Below are positions 28,444-42,258 of a stretch of 64,000 bases of DNA, in pieces. The stretch is from Chrysomallon squamiferum (Eukaryota; Animalia; Mollusca): the NCBI GenBank assembly GCA_012295275.1, contig CM022669.1:15562001-15626000 (forward strand), in the 5' to 3' direction. A program made the position numbers and the translations under genes. The notes below the pieces were generated by a model. The model worked only from the letters and a program-made list of their open reading frames with translations. It did no database searches and was not told the DNA's origin. The number at the start of each line of letters is the position of its first letter. The first letter of the stretch is position 1.

Positions 28444-30810
28444 ATAACTACAACATAACTATAACAATAGGCTTGATGATCTAAGTAATAATAAGGAGAA
28501 CAACGGGGATGAATTATTTCATGCTTATGTCTGTATTTATCTACTCTTTGTCTAAATGCAGGTTAGCCTATAGTTAGTTATCTCAGAAAACAGTTTATCC
28601 TTTATTTTTATACTCCCTCAATAACAGGCTTAGCATCATTATGCATGTTGTTCAATGAAGATATATTCCAGTTATAAATATGTTCTGATATTATCCTATT
28701 TTCTTTACTACTTCTTATGAATTTATTTATTTATTTATTTATTTGTTTGTTTGTTTGTTTGTTCGTTTGTTCTTTTGTTTGTTTGTTCGTTTGTTTTTTA
28801 GTTTGTTCTTTTGTTCGTTCTTTTTTTTCTGTTTTGTTTGTTTGTTAAGGGAAATATAGAAAAAAATCACAGCTCTACGGTTATTTAATTTAATTAAAGC
28901 GCTTGATATATTTCCTTTACCCACGTGCACTATCTTTAAGTTCAAAGTACATGAACACTACAGGTCACTCAGTCTGAAATAAGGTTCTAAGGGGTGTGCG
29001 GAAATCGAAGCAAAGGAAATGAATTCGAGAGAAAAGTGCTGTCGAATTCGCTTCGAAATCTCAATGTACTTATTCGAAATTTCGATTTTTCAAATAATTT
29101 CCGTTAACATGATTTTTTTCTTCTTTTTAGCCATAACAGACAGCTTCCCCGAATATGTATTTGCGACAACGGAAGTTTTCTTTTAATTTCCTTAAAAGTG
29201 AAAATCATTTCTTCTCGAAAGTATTTAACTCCATACTGTGATATCCCTCTTCTTCTTTTTTTTCAGAACAGGTGGAACTGCACTTCTGTCAGTCTCTCTA
29301 AAATGGGTTAATAGATTTTTTTGTATTCTTTTATATAATTTTTTTTTTTTTTTTTGTAGGGGGGAGGAGATTATTTTTGTGGATGTACCAGCTGGTCGTT
29401 TCTGTTTTCATTCGACAATATTCATTAAGACAGAAGACAAACGGATGCACTTAATGTCAACTGTTTCTGCAGAGCATTAATTTCGAATCGTCTGGACGTG
29501 CGAAAATTGTATAATGGGTGAAAGTGCGCTGATAAAAAGCGAGGTCTGGGTGACATAGTGACGCGAAAACTTGTTTAGAAATACAGTCAACAAAATTGCT
29601 GCAGGAGATTGATGAGACCGAGGCAAATCGTAATGCACTTTTTTTTTTTTTTTTTTTTACTGTTTTTTTGACATTTATTTATTTTTATTTCTGATTTTTT
29701 TTTAAATTATTATTATTATTTATTATTAATTTTTTCTCTTTTTTTGGATGGAAAGAAAGCAAAGTTAGTACTGATATTAAGCAAGAAGTTTGTTTGTTTG
29801 TTGTGTGTGTGTGTAAGAGAGAGAGATAGAGACTGACAGTCAGACAGACAGACAGAGACAGACACAGACAGACAGACAGACACATACAGAGAGAGAGAGA
29901 GAGTTACGGCTTCCTTAAAACGTAAGCCATTCAAGCACGTTCACAATTCCACATTTAGTAGTTAGACCACAAATATATTTGTATATTTGTGGAAAACTCT
30001 TACGAGAGAAGAGTTTTAACTAATTTAAGAACGAAAATAACAAAATGAAAAGCTACAAAACTTCAAATCATAATTAATTCATTTTGCAAACATTCATATA
30101 AACAAAAAAATTAATACACAATGGTGATAACAGTGGGGAAAATATTACCAAAAAAAAAGAAAACAACAAAAAAACTCTAACAATTTGAATTAAATGTCTT
30201 AGTAATACATACATACGTCAGGTTCAGTATATATATATATACACGTACACAAATATATAAAACACACACACTTATTGAGATCAATAGTACGGTGTTTCTC
30301 ACATCAAAACACACATGCTGCAGAGTGTTACTAACTAGGTATAAATTACTCAACTCCTGGAGAACGTCTAAAAATAACACACAGCTTGGCTCGGCTCGCC
30401 ATTCCCTGTGTTACGTGTGCGTTTTTCTCTGGGTTTTTGGCACACGCTCAGATAAACATCAGACGAAAGCTGCTCGATATTGGATATCGCTGTAAGTCCT
30501 GGTTGTTTACAAAGTCACAGGGAGTCTGTTAACAAGGTGGTACCTAGTAAGAGGTGTTCGTTGAAAGTTTTTTTTTTCTTTTTTCCTTTTTTTTCTGGTG
30601 TGTTTGTATTTTCACAAATCCAGAATTAATTTCTTAAGCATATTTCTTCATTAAACACAACAAAATAATTCCTTTCCTCAACGAATATAGAGATTCATAA
30701 GAAATATTCTTTCTTGTTCTTAATTTTAATTTTTATTATTATTATTATTATTATTTTTTTTTTTATCATTATTTTTTTTCTTCGAACAAAAATCTTACAG
30801 CAAACAACGA

Positions 30811-31297
30811 TCAGTCTCTAAAATGCAGACCTTCCTCTAGAGAAACAGCAATGTCGTTGACAATGAGATCGTCGTCGTAGTTCAAACAGTGAGACAGAAT
30901 GACGGTGGCCTTCACGGCAACGTCTTCGAATACGACGGCGGCCTGTTTCATAAGTCTCTCCCTCAGGCACCGTTTGTCGGCCTCCGCCTCTTCCCTGTGC
31001 ATGGGCTTAGAAATAAACGTCTGGGTCGTTTTACTCCCTTCCACGTACCTCCACCTGATCGTCTCCAGCTGGTCCTTGGACATCAGGCCTGCACCGAGAG
31101 GAATGCCGTTAACCAGCCTCGGCAGCTTCCTGAAACACGAGTTGGGAATCTCGGAATCGCTGTACAGCGGGCTGAACGTAACCTGTATCAGGTAACAGTG
31201 TTTGTTGTTTGTTGTCGTCGTCGTCAGTTTTCGTCTGCTGCCGTACCAGCTTGGCGGCGTCGTGCGGACTGATCGTGAACAGCGACTTCTGCGACAT
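30811..31297 (-). CDS. Uncharacterised GC-rich ORF (~161 aa once one extra base at 31208-31210 is removed); gene or young pseudogene
   Basis: The repaired frame reads MSQKSLFTISPHDAAKLVRQQTKTDDDDNNNKHCYLIQVTFSPLYSDSEIPNSCFRKLPRLVNGIPLGAGLMSKDQLETIRWRYVEGSKTTQTFISKPMHREEAEADKRCLRERLMKQAAVVFEDVAVKATVILSHCLNYDDDLIVNDIAVSLEEGLHFRD*. Third codon positions are strongly G/C in this frame, within AT-rich flanks. ATG context is gagATG, with TATATAAA upstream and AATAAA ~75 nt downstream. No family recognised. Confidence 0.6.
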
Positions 31298-31691
31298 CTC
31301 CGAGGTTCGACTCGCCGACAGGGGATAAAGCTGGTAGCAGGAGGGAGGGAGGTAGGTCTGGGAATTCAGCAAAGAAGCCACGCTGATGTATTGAAATGAA
31401 CCCACTAATAGAATTAACCCTACAACAAACCACTCTGCACTTTCTCCCACTGTTTTATGTTTTTTTTTTTATCTTCTTCTTCTTCTTCTTCTTTCTGTTT
31501 TTATATATATATATATATATATATATCCCAGATCGTCGAGTTCGTTTACCGTTTCTTTGCTTACAGGTAGGTACGTACGTATATTCGCTGACGCAATACT
31601 GCCGTGTTTACTTCTTCAGGTAATCGTAGTAAAGGTCTCTCTCTACCTGTCGACTACGATATGTTATTGTCTGCGCGTGTTTTTGACATTG

Positions 31692-31699
31692 TTTATATA
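31692..31699 (-). promoter_or_regulatory. Candidate TATA box for the orphan gene
   Basis: The minus strand reads cTATATAAAc ~400 nt upstream of the ATG, in a CpG-containing, non-repetitive context. Confidence 0.4.
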
Positions 31700-32050
31700 G
31701 TAGGCCAGGAGGCCAGAAATACTTGGACATTTTCCCAGCGTATGCGGGGTTAGCGACGTAATCGTGTGTGTATCTACAATTACGACAGAATACCGTACCT
31801 AATTAAAAACAGCTATATCACCTTTACAAAATCATATCTATTGTATCGAGCTTATCCGTTTAATCTGCACCACGGCGGTTGACTTAAGTGTTTGTTGTAT
31901 AGGGTATTAAATTCTTTACGGGTAAAATCCTTTTCAATGAGGACAAATGATCAATTGTATTCAGTTCTCTGGGTTTCTTTCTGCCTTATTTTTTATTTGA
32001 TTTTTTAAATTATTGTTGTTGTTGTTACGTTTGTTGCTACTGTTGTTGAT

Positions 32051-32155
<105 letters not shown>

Positions 32156-32810
32156 TTTTTAATATTTATTTATTTATTTCAGATCATCAGATCAGCTTTA
32201 TTTGATAAAGACGATACCAACTCAGTTCTTTCAGTAATTATATTCAAGTATAATACACAGACACACACACACACACACACACAAACACACAACACAAAAA
32301 CATAAACACAGACACACGGAGGTATCAATAGCTTCTTTTGATTATAAGAATTGGAGCGAACAAATTTAACTGGTTTGCGAATACCAATGTAGATTAAAAT
32401 GACAGCTCCTATACGAATGTTTAATTTATGGCATTTGTTTTTCATTGTCACTTCTGTCAAAAGTTACAATAGATACATTAATTTAATATCTAGTTATCTA
32501 CGCAAGATGACACAATATCGTCACTAAGTAAGGCAGCTAAAATATTTAATTTATTAATTCACTTACGTTCCTTTTAATAATTTTTGAAAATCTTTTCTTT
32601 CATAATCACTTTTTTTTCTTTTCTTTTTCATTTCTTTATCTTTCTTTCCTTGTTTTTCTTTCTTTCATTTCCTTGTTACTTTTGTAATGTGGAGATTTCT
32701 GTTATTTTTGTTACTTGTTGTTGTTGCTGTTGTTATTGTTGTTGTTACTGCATTATTATTATTATTATTATTAATACTATTATTATTATGATTATTATTA
32801 TTATTTATAC

Positions 32811-32867
<57 letters not shown>

Positions 32868-34413
32868 CGTTATTGTTGATATATGTGTTCCTCTTATAAT
32901 AATAAGTGGAGATATAGGAGACAATACAAAGCAGTTTAAGGTACAGAAAAGCGTGTCTGCGTATTTGCTGTATAGCGTACCTTGTTCAGACATAACACAC
33001 ATTCTTAACCCTTTTAACTGAATGTCCGTGTACTGCCATTCTGCGAACACTTTTAATAGTTACTGGCTTCAAAATATGCTCAGTGGATTGAAATAATAAT
33101 AAAAATAATAATAAGTGGATTAAAATAATAATAAAAATAATAACAACAACAACAACAACAATAACAACAATAATAATTATAACAATAAATGATTATGATG
33201 AAGATGATAATAATAATAATAATAGTAATACAAATAATGATACTACTACTACTAATAATAATAATACTAAAACAATAATAACTAACTAACTAACCAAATA
33301 AATAAATCACAACAACAGTAACAGTGACAAGAGTAATAGCAGTTTATATAGTATTTTATGCTGTTGATAACTGGTAGATTCATAAACAAAGCATAGTAGG
33401 CAAACCTAGCTATAACACTATGCAGACTGCTACATAGGGTGGGGGGGACGGTGTACGGGCATGCACGCGTGTTTGAGCTTGTCAGGGCAGGTATACCTTT
33501 GTGCACGCAGATACGTGAATGCCCTTTTGTAATAGTATTTATTTATTTTCTTGTAAACAGGCCTGTATTTATTAGTTAATGATATCTGATGAAAGAAAAG
33601 GATAAATGATTAAAACTCAAAGATGTAGCTGTTATTACACGTTCCATATTTACTCAAACATGTAAGGAAGTATATCTGAGCGTTTAAACTAGAAGAACGT
33701 GTTTACAATTAAAATAAATACTTACGTATAAAAGATTTCGTAAAGACAAGAAAGAAGAAGTCAAGGAAATGGACGCGACAAACCTTTATTGATTATAAAG
33801 ACAATGCTTTTGAGTCATGACGTCAGTAACGCGTGAATCCAATGACGTAGACAATGCTTCTGCGAATAAAGTGGATCAAAGATGGTTTCTATCGTGGTCT
33901 GCCACGAATTGTAAGATATTAGTCTCTCTCTCTCTCTGACTCAATGACTGACTCTTTCGGCCGCTTAATAGGTTTAATACTTTCTCTCTCTTTCGGTCTC
34001 TCCCTCCCTCTCACACTTCCTATCTTTCTCTGTCAAACTCTTCTCTTTCAAACGCATATATGTATATATATATATATTCTCTGATCTCGTGTTTTTGTGT
34101 TTGTGTGTTTGTTTATAAATGTATAAATATATGTGCAAATGTGTTTGTATGTCTGTGCGTATGTGGATATCTATATGTATGTTTATATCTATACCATCGC
34201 TATATGAGTAATGACAATGACGATGATAATAAGAAGACGAAGATCCATTTGAATCTTCGGAAAGTATTCTAAAGGTTTTTGCCTTAATTTGCTTTTAAAA
34301 AGATTGGTATACCGACTGCAGACATATTAATTATCTCAGTATTAAGACACTGTAATTAAAAAATGTAATTAATATAAAGACAAATAACAGAAACCATTTA
34401 ATATTAAGCAAGA

Positions 34414-34486
<73 letters not shown>

Positions 34487-35919
34487 GTTATGGTAGTAGA
34501 AGTAGTAATAATAGTAATTAAGAGTTATAATGTTTTGACATCTAAATAAAGTAGAACATTACGATTATATATATATATATATATATAATTAGTTTAAAAG
34601 TAAACAGTTAAGGCGTGAGGATGTAAATCTTAAGTTTACAGTTAATCACTGTTCATATAATATATATTAAGATCATAGTAATCTGGAATTATAATTATGC
34701 TGTCAGACTAATTAACGTCGTTTTGTATTATTGTCTGATGCAACAATGGTATTTAATTAATGATGAATCAACGCAACATAAATAAAACTTGTTCTTAATG
34801 GGTGCTACGGTAAGACAGGAAAACCAGGACGGTATTATTATTATTTCTTGTAACGAGGATATTTACAATAAAATGCTCACATACGTAATAATCCAATGAC
34901 ATGTTACAAGAGACTGGCAATAAATAAATATTCACTCGATACTGTTTGGTTTCTCCTCGCTCTGTGATTAATATTTACTGTCACAAATGCATTATTTATT
35001 GCAAAACAGAACTATATATTTTGTGTGAACTCTTACGTGAATTATAAAGTACAGACTTTGAACGCACTTTCAAATACAGAGATGGGATTTTTTTTATATG
35101 GTTGCGCATAAATTTATATGTTTTGTAAGTTTATACAAAATATTAATACTGAAAATGAAACCACACATTTCTTCAACCGTTTTCTTTTATCTTTTCTTTA
35201 ATTTTTTTTTTGGTTGTTGCTGTTGGGTTTTTTCTTTGGTTATTTTCTTTTTAGTACGACAGTGATTTAAACCATTAAATTACCTTCTCGAATTTTATCA
35301 AATGAAATGATATAATTTTTTGTATTTTCATTTAGTCTATAACTGGTACCATAAAACAAACACATCATTTATGAAAAAAAAAAATCATCAGTTAGCACCA
35401 TCAACTCAAAAATTTTGCATTAAAGATTTCTCTCGTTATTTAATTTTAGTTAGTCTGGTCAAGTGATGAGAGAAACCTGCAGATTCGACGAAGATCAACA
35501 CAACCACAGAATCCTAAAGCATCAAGAGAAGTAAAATCTCATAGATGTAATTTAAACGTTTCGAAAATCCGACACACGTTACACTTATTCTGCTGAAGCA
35601 ATTTAAAGGCCGGGCCATCTTGTTTGCCTTAAGCATCAGTGGCCAGGCTCTGGGCGTCGTTTTACTGAATTAATAACCGATATATTTTAATCCGAGTTAG
35701 ATCAGCCCGCATGATTTGAGTAGACTGATATAATCTTTCTTAGTAGAAAACAATGGCTCGACGAAAATTTGATTTACAAATGGCCGTAGTGTGTATGAAT
35801 GGTTATTGTTTTTCGTGGTGGTGGCAGGTACGAAACTGAAAAATCAGCTTAACTGAAATTCAATTATACGTCGTCTAGACATAACTGATGTGTTTCTTTC
35901 TTTATTCATTTCATTCAGT

Positions 35920-36020
<101 letters not shown>

Positions 36021-36485
36021 GCTTGGACTACGAACTCCCGAACGTACGAGTCGTGACCGTCATGCATTTCGCACCGCCACATCTCATTGACTTCCATTTA
36101 TTTCTCTTTTTTTTTTTCTGCACTGTTTCTCCTACCTTCCCCAAATTCAGTTATTTCAACCCACTCTAAAATCGTTCTATTTCTCTCTTACCTCTTATAC
36201 ATTTTCCTATTTTCAACAGACACTGTTTCACAAAATAAATCCTAATGTTTGTTCTATTTTTATCGCCCCTCATATCTGTCATAATATGTGTCACACCCTA
36301 CTAATCTGTTCTAATCCCTTTTGCATTTCATATTGTTCTTTTCGTCTGTCCTATTGAATATTAACCCCAGACGAAAGATTCTAAATTAATCTGTATCTAC
36401 TGTCGATACTTCTACTACTACTGTTATTACTATTTCTTCTTCTTCGTCGTCTCTACTACTACTACTACTACTACTACTGCTACTG

Positions 36486-36536
<51 letters not shown>

Positions 36537-37525
36537 ATAATAATAATAATGACGACGAAGATGATGACGATTATGATGATTGTCGTGACAATCAGGAAGA
36601 GGAAGACGTTAAAAAACAAGAATAAGAAGACGAAGAGAGAAAAAATATCAAAAACAAAAATAAAGACGAAGAAAAAAAAAAAAAAAAAAAAAAAAGAAGA
36701 AGGAAACGTCTTAAATAAAATCATCAAGAGTGCAAGACAGTTTCCAGAATTCTGTCGTCTAGTGATGTTTTTGCCTGGGGAATGTGGGGGTGGCAGAGAG
36801 CTAATAATTACGTAGCTTAAAGTAGGCTGAACGTGTTAAAAAAAGAATAAATGTTTTAAAAAATATATACTTCCCTTTTCGTTTAAATCCATAAATATAC
36901 AGGTGTTTTGGGGTTGTTGTTTTTTTTTGTTTTTTTTTGATATTTATCGAGAAGATAGAAAAAAATAATAATATTCATAATATCACAATAAAATAAAATA
37001 ATAATATTAAAATAAATCAAATCAAATAAATTAATTAATTAAAAAACAGAGCCATTCTTGCATCTAATTAACAATCTGCTTAACATCTACCAAGACACCC
37101 AGCGTTGAATTAGAAAGCTCCTGCGAATTAATTCCGTTTCATTCATATTTTTCAATTATTATTCTACCATTTTCCTTTAAAATGAGCCACAATTAATTAA
37201 CTGCAACTGCTGAAGTAGTGTGAGAGTTTGCTAGTGCTGATCATGCGTCTTAAATGTAGAATCGAACTAAGTAGCTGTTAACCTTTCTAAGGTCATCTTC
37301 TTTACACCTGATGTGATCTGGTGCCATCAAAATCCGTGACATAAATAGGCACTTTAACAATCCCGTGATCTCTGATGTACAACTAATATTATGTATGCTT
37401 GGATATGCATGTGGGCGACAATGTGGCAGGTCCAGTGATATGTACTGGTCTTAGGAAAGCACTTCAGTTCTGAGACAGACGGCTGCACTAATATTGATGA
37501 TCTTTAGAGAAGGCGGTTTCGGTGA

Positions 37526-37589
<64 letters not shown>

Positions 37590-38128
37590 TGTGTGTGTGT
37601 TTATTATGCATACGTTTATTTACTTGCTTCTGTCTTTCTTTCTTTTTTTCTCTCTCTGAGTATTCGTTATTCTCTCTATGAGTGAATAAGTTTCTGGAAT
37701 TCAAGGAATGTTATTATTTTCTTTCAGTAATTAGATAATATATATAATTTATATCTGGACTGCCTTCAAATTTGTATTTCTGAGATTGAGATTAATCTGT
37801 ATTGGATAACCTGAAGGCATTTTTTCTTTATAACTGCCGCTATACCCCCCTCCCACGTTCATCAAATCGGAAAAAAAAAAGTTTTTGTTTGCTAATCCAC
37901 ATGAACAGCGAAGGAAGGGTTTTAGCGGATTTTCTTTACTTTTGCCAGTATTTCCATAATCTCAGTAGTAGGTAGATAAACAGATTAAAGTGTTGTTGTG
38001 TTTATATTCTTGGCAGACGAGAACAGCAAAGTTATTAACGTAGCATAAGTGTAGAACAAAATGAAAAGTACGAGATGAAGTATTAGTACAGGGTGATAAT
38101 ATATGAACAGCAACAACAACAACAAAAA

Positions 38129-38168
<40 letters not shown>

Positions 38169-38733
38169 AAAAATTGAGTAAAATAAAATAAAATAAAATA
38201 AAATAAATAACAGTAATAATTAAAAAAATATAATAATAAAAAGGGGGGGGGGAATTAAAACTAAAATAAAAAATAAAAATAAAAAAGATGACAGACGAAG
38301 ACCAAAAACTGTAATAATGAATTAGAAGTCCCAACAATTTTTATTTTTTTATTTTTTTGATAAAAAATAATAAACACAACAAAACTAATAATAATGCTCG
38401 TAGTAGTAGAGAGGAACAGCATCAAATACTTAAAGGCATACATATATAAAAAAATAAAATAAAAATAAAAGAAAACTATTTTAGTTTATTTTATTTTTTG
38501 GCATGATATTCAATTCGGCTCTAGGGCAAAGAAAAATAATTTCGGTGCAAAAAAGGTCTACAGAATGAAATTATCAATGATACGGCTTCATTACTTTTAC
38601 CAAAACTACGAAGATCTGGAGGTTTTTTTTCACAGCCCCACGGCAACAAAGAGAAAAATGTAATAACAAGAACTGTCGTAATTCGATCAGATGAAGTACT
38701 TCTGAGTGTACCAAATACTGTAGAGATTGAAAC

Positions 38734-38768
<35 letters not shown>

Positions 38769-39099
38769 CTGAGAGATAACTGGAGCTTCTCTCATACAAA
38801 TAATATAAAAATAAAATATAATAACTGTAATAAAATAAATATGATGAATACAAATTAAATATATCATCTACCTAATAAATAAATATAGTTTATCCAGTAT
38901 TATTTTATAACTTACATCTCCTGCCTTATCCGTTTTGGTTATACTTGTTAAATAAGCTCTAATAAAAAGCGACATTTTCTTTTTCTTTAGACCAGCATTC
39001 TCACGTCTGCTAATTTACAAGTAGGTCAGTAACGCCGATCGTCTGCAAACTGACAGTAATGAACGCGATTACGATTATGACAATATATCACTGCTTGCA

Positions 39100-39190
39100 G
39101 GCCGTCCTGTCAAGCGGAACAATGACAAATCCCACAATTCCGACGTAATTACGTGACGTCAGCGAATCAGTCGATTCAACATGGCTCCCT
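39100..39190. promoter_or_regulatory. Housekeeping-type promoter motif cluster (duplicated at 57060-57150)
   Basis: ZNF143/SBS-like ACAAATCCCACAATTCC (~39125-39141), palindromic CRE TGACGTCA (39154-39161) and YY1-like CAACATGGC (39177-39185), in a CpG-enriched patch conserved in both duplicates. Confidence 0.4.
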
Positions 39191-40140
39191 ACATGGCTTG
39201 TTGATTAGATTCTCTAATTCACGTCTTGACCGAAATGTTATTTTATTTCTGCGGTAACAGTAAACGTGTAACAACATACATTCACGGTAGGTCGTCTGTT
39301 TCCATGCATTTATTTACACTGTTTGATTGATTTGAACAAAAGTTTCTTCGAATAATTTCGATAGTGCTAATAAATATTAATAAACGCTTGTTGTAAAACG
39401 AACCTACAGGTGTCTCTAAAATAGAATTTTTAACGTTGTGAACAATTAACTTATGTGAAAAAGAAGGAAAGAATGAAAAAAGAAGACAGCAATTTGCAGG
39501 TGAGAGGAATGGAAAATTCACTGATAGTGGAGACGTCATTGAAATTAGGGCTATGTTTTCGTTTTCTGTCGGTAACGGAGTATTGATGTATTTATATCTG
39601 AGAAAACGTACAGATTTTGGCGAAAAACTAATAACAGAAATGGTAATAAAATGATAACAATTGCATTAATATATACAGTGTATATATGTATACATATATA
39701 CATTATAGAAAAAAAAAAAAAGATTTTGAATTAACATATTTATTCATCTACAATGAAAACCATTTTTTTTTTGCATAGTGAAATAAATATATAAAGATTA
39801 CATTTATCTGCATCATAATCATGATTATATCATAAACATTCTCAGAACAAATTAAAAAAAATAAATTAAAACACAAGTAACTGCAACATACTTAATTGCA
39901 TGTTACTTACCCACACATCAGCACAACACACATAAATCAGACATTTCTTTAATTATCTCAAATTATTTATTTTAATTCTTTACAGTCTTCATAAAAATAT
40001 ATATATATATATATATTTTTACATACACTGAAATCTGAACTTTTCAGTATAACATATACGAGAAAAATAATACATTTCAATTAAAAACAATCTCATTGTT
40101 TCACATATGATATGGATTCACTTTGTCATTAAAGTCATAT

Positions 40141-40395
40141 GTTACATTACAACAAACCATAGTCAACATATATGTTACATTACAACAAACCAAAGTCAAC
40201 ATACATGTTAGATTACAACAAACCATAGTCAACATACGTGTTACATTACAACAAACCATAGTCAACATACGTGTTACATTACAACAAACCATAGTCAACA
40301 TACGTGTTACATTACAACAAACCATAGTCAACATACATGTTAGATTACAACAAACCATAGTCAACATATGTGTTACATTACAACAAACCATAGTC
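40141..40395 (+). repeat. 33-bp minisatellite (GTTACATTACAACAAACCATAGTCAACATACGT), ~8 copies, in the 3' region of PARP copy A
   Basis: Visible period of 33. It explains the periodic ORFs 40101..40481 and 40123..40455. Confidence 0.95.
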
Positions 40396-40628
40396 GCATC
40401 AGTACAAGTTATTAAACTAAGGAATTGTTGGATTCTGATGCTCACACTGGCCTGACTTCTGAAATTCTCCACTGACTGCATTCAGAGGGTAATCTATCTG
40501 TTGGCAGCCAATCAGACATTACATATGTTTTCTGAAATTTTCAGAAATTATAACTATGCGACAGAGATAGAGAAGGAGTTACCAATATTTCAGTTAGTAG
40601 TCAGTGTATCAGCACTTTATTTAACATT

Positions 40629-40985
40629 TTAAAATCCGACTGCATTCATTATTTCTCTTTTGTATTTGTCCACTTGTGTGTTTATTCCATTATCTGCCAT
40701 CTGTCCATCTTCATAGCTGTGAAAAACAAAGAAGGGAAAAGTTATTAGTATCACAAGTTTTCTATCACCTGATGACAGATAATGAAGTAATGTTTTCAGA
40801 TCTTATGAGACCATTTTGAATATTTCTTGGGAATGTACTTAAGCTCCACATAATTGTCGTCAAAATAGGGACTTTATTTGATTAATTTGATTTCATGAAA
40901 TGAAAGAAAGAAAAAACAAATAATGTCACTGGTAGTAACATTTGCCACTAAGTTGGTGAATTTAGGTCTGCTGTGTCTATGTAAC

Positions 40986-41018
<33 letters not shown>

Positions 41019-42207
41019 CCTCCCCTAAATGTATCATGCAGAAAATAAATAATAATAATAATAACAGTAGTAAGAAGAAGAAGAAAAAATTAACAACTGT
41101 AACAACAATAACAAATTTAAAAGAAAAAATAAATTAAATAAATCAACAAAACTTCAAAAGGATGCTAATAACCAAGGCATTATGAAAATAAATAAATAAA
41201 TAAATAACTCCATGAACAGCAATTATAATGAAAATGAAACTTACACAAAAAACAACCTTGTACAAACATGGTTATCATTGGGACATACCCAAATGTCATG
41301 ATATTTTCTCAGGCTTGGAGAAGTTATAACTGAAGTAAAATCAAATGTATTAAGACTTCATTTTGCACACACATCTCAAACATTTTAATAAAAGTACATC
41401 AGATGACAAAATCATTAATATACTGATAACAGTTTACACCATAGACACATTTATGAAATAAAACAAGGTATATAATGTGCTAGATAAATATAAAAATAAT
41501 GAGATAAAAAGTCCAAAATAATTCACAGACATCATTACTTATTTATATATTTTAATCAGTTTTAATTATTTCATGTTGTGTAAAAGACAGTGATGTTAAT
41601 TTCACCCACCTTCACAAAGAGCTATACATGTGATGTTGTCACTAACAACAAATCTTGAACTGGACTGAAATAAATAAATAAATAAATATTGTGATTAATT
41701 TCACACACACACACTGTAAATGAACAGAAATCCAGTTTATAATTATGGTTTAAAAAGTTATCTCCCTTTATATATAGAACCTGAAGAAAACTAAAAACAT
41801 TTTGTGATGAATTATTTATCTGTAATATCTTAAATATTTGTTTAAAATAAAATAAATAAATAAATAAGAAGCCAACAAACTAATTAAATAAATTCTTAAG
41901 TAAAAAACCCCACAAACAGACAAACAGACTAAATTCACCTGAGCTGTGCAGCTTTTAGGATAAGCACCCTGTGTCATCCTTGAATATTCAGCTGATACAG
42001 ATATGGATGGACTCAAATAAATCCCTTTCCCATGAACTGCTCCATTCATCTGTATAATAAACAATTTACCTATTACTTACTCATTCACAAAATAAAATAT
42101 TTTTATTATGAAATTAATAATCACAGGTTGGCAACATCATAATTTTCTAGCACATTTCATATTTAAGTCTCGTATATGTGATTATTTTGCTTCTTCATGT
42201 ACTATTG

Positions 42208-42258
<51 letters not shown>

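Noticed and set aside
30889-31399. Plus-strand ORFs 30889..31272, 30899..31195 and 31202..31399
   Set aside because: They are antisense shadows of the GC3-rich minus-strand ORF.
30811-31450. Antizyme-type programmed +1 frameshift
   Set aside because: There is no stop codon at the shift site (no UCC-UGA) and no antizyme similarity. The extra base lies in an (AAC)n/AAA run, where error or mutation is more likely.
31722-31737. NF-kB-like site (GGGAAAATGTCC, minus strand) just upstream of the candidate TATA box
   Set aside because: The spacing deviates from the GGGRNNYYCC consensus, and a single short motif is not sufficient evidence.
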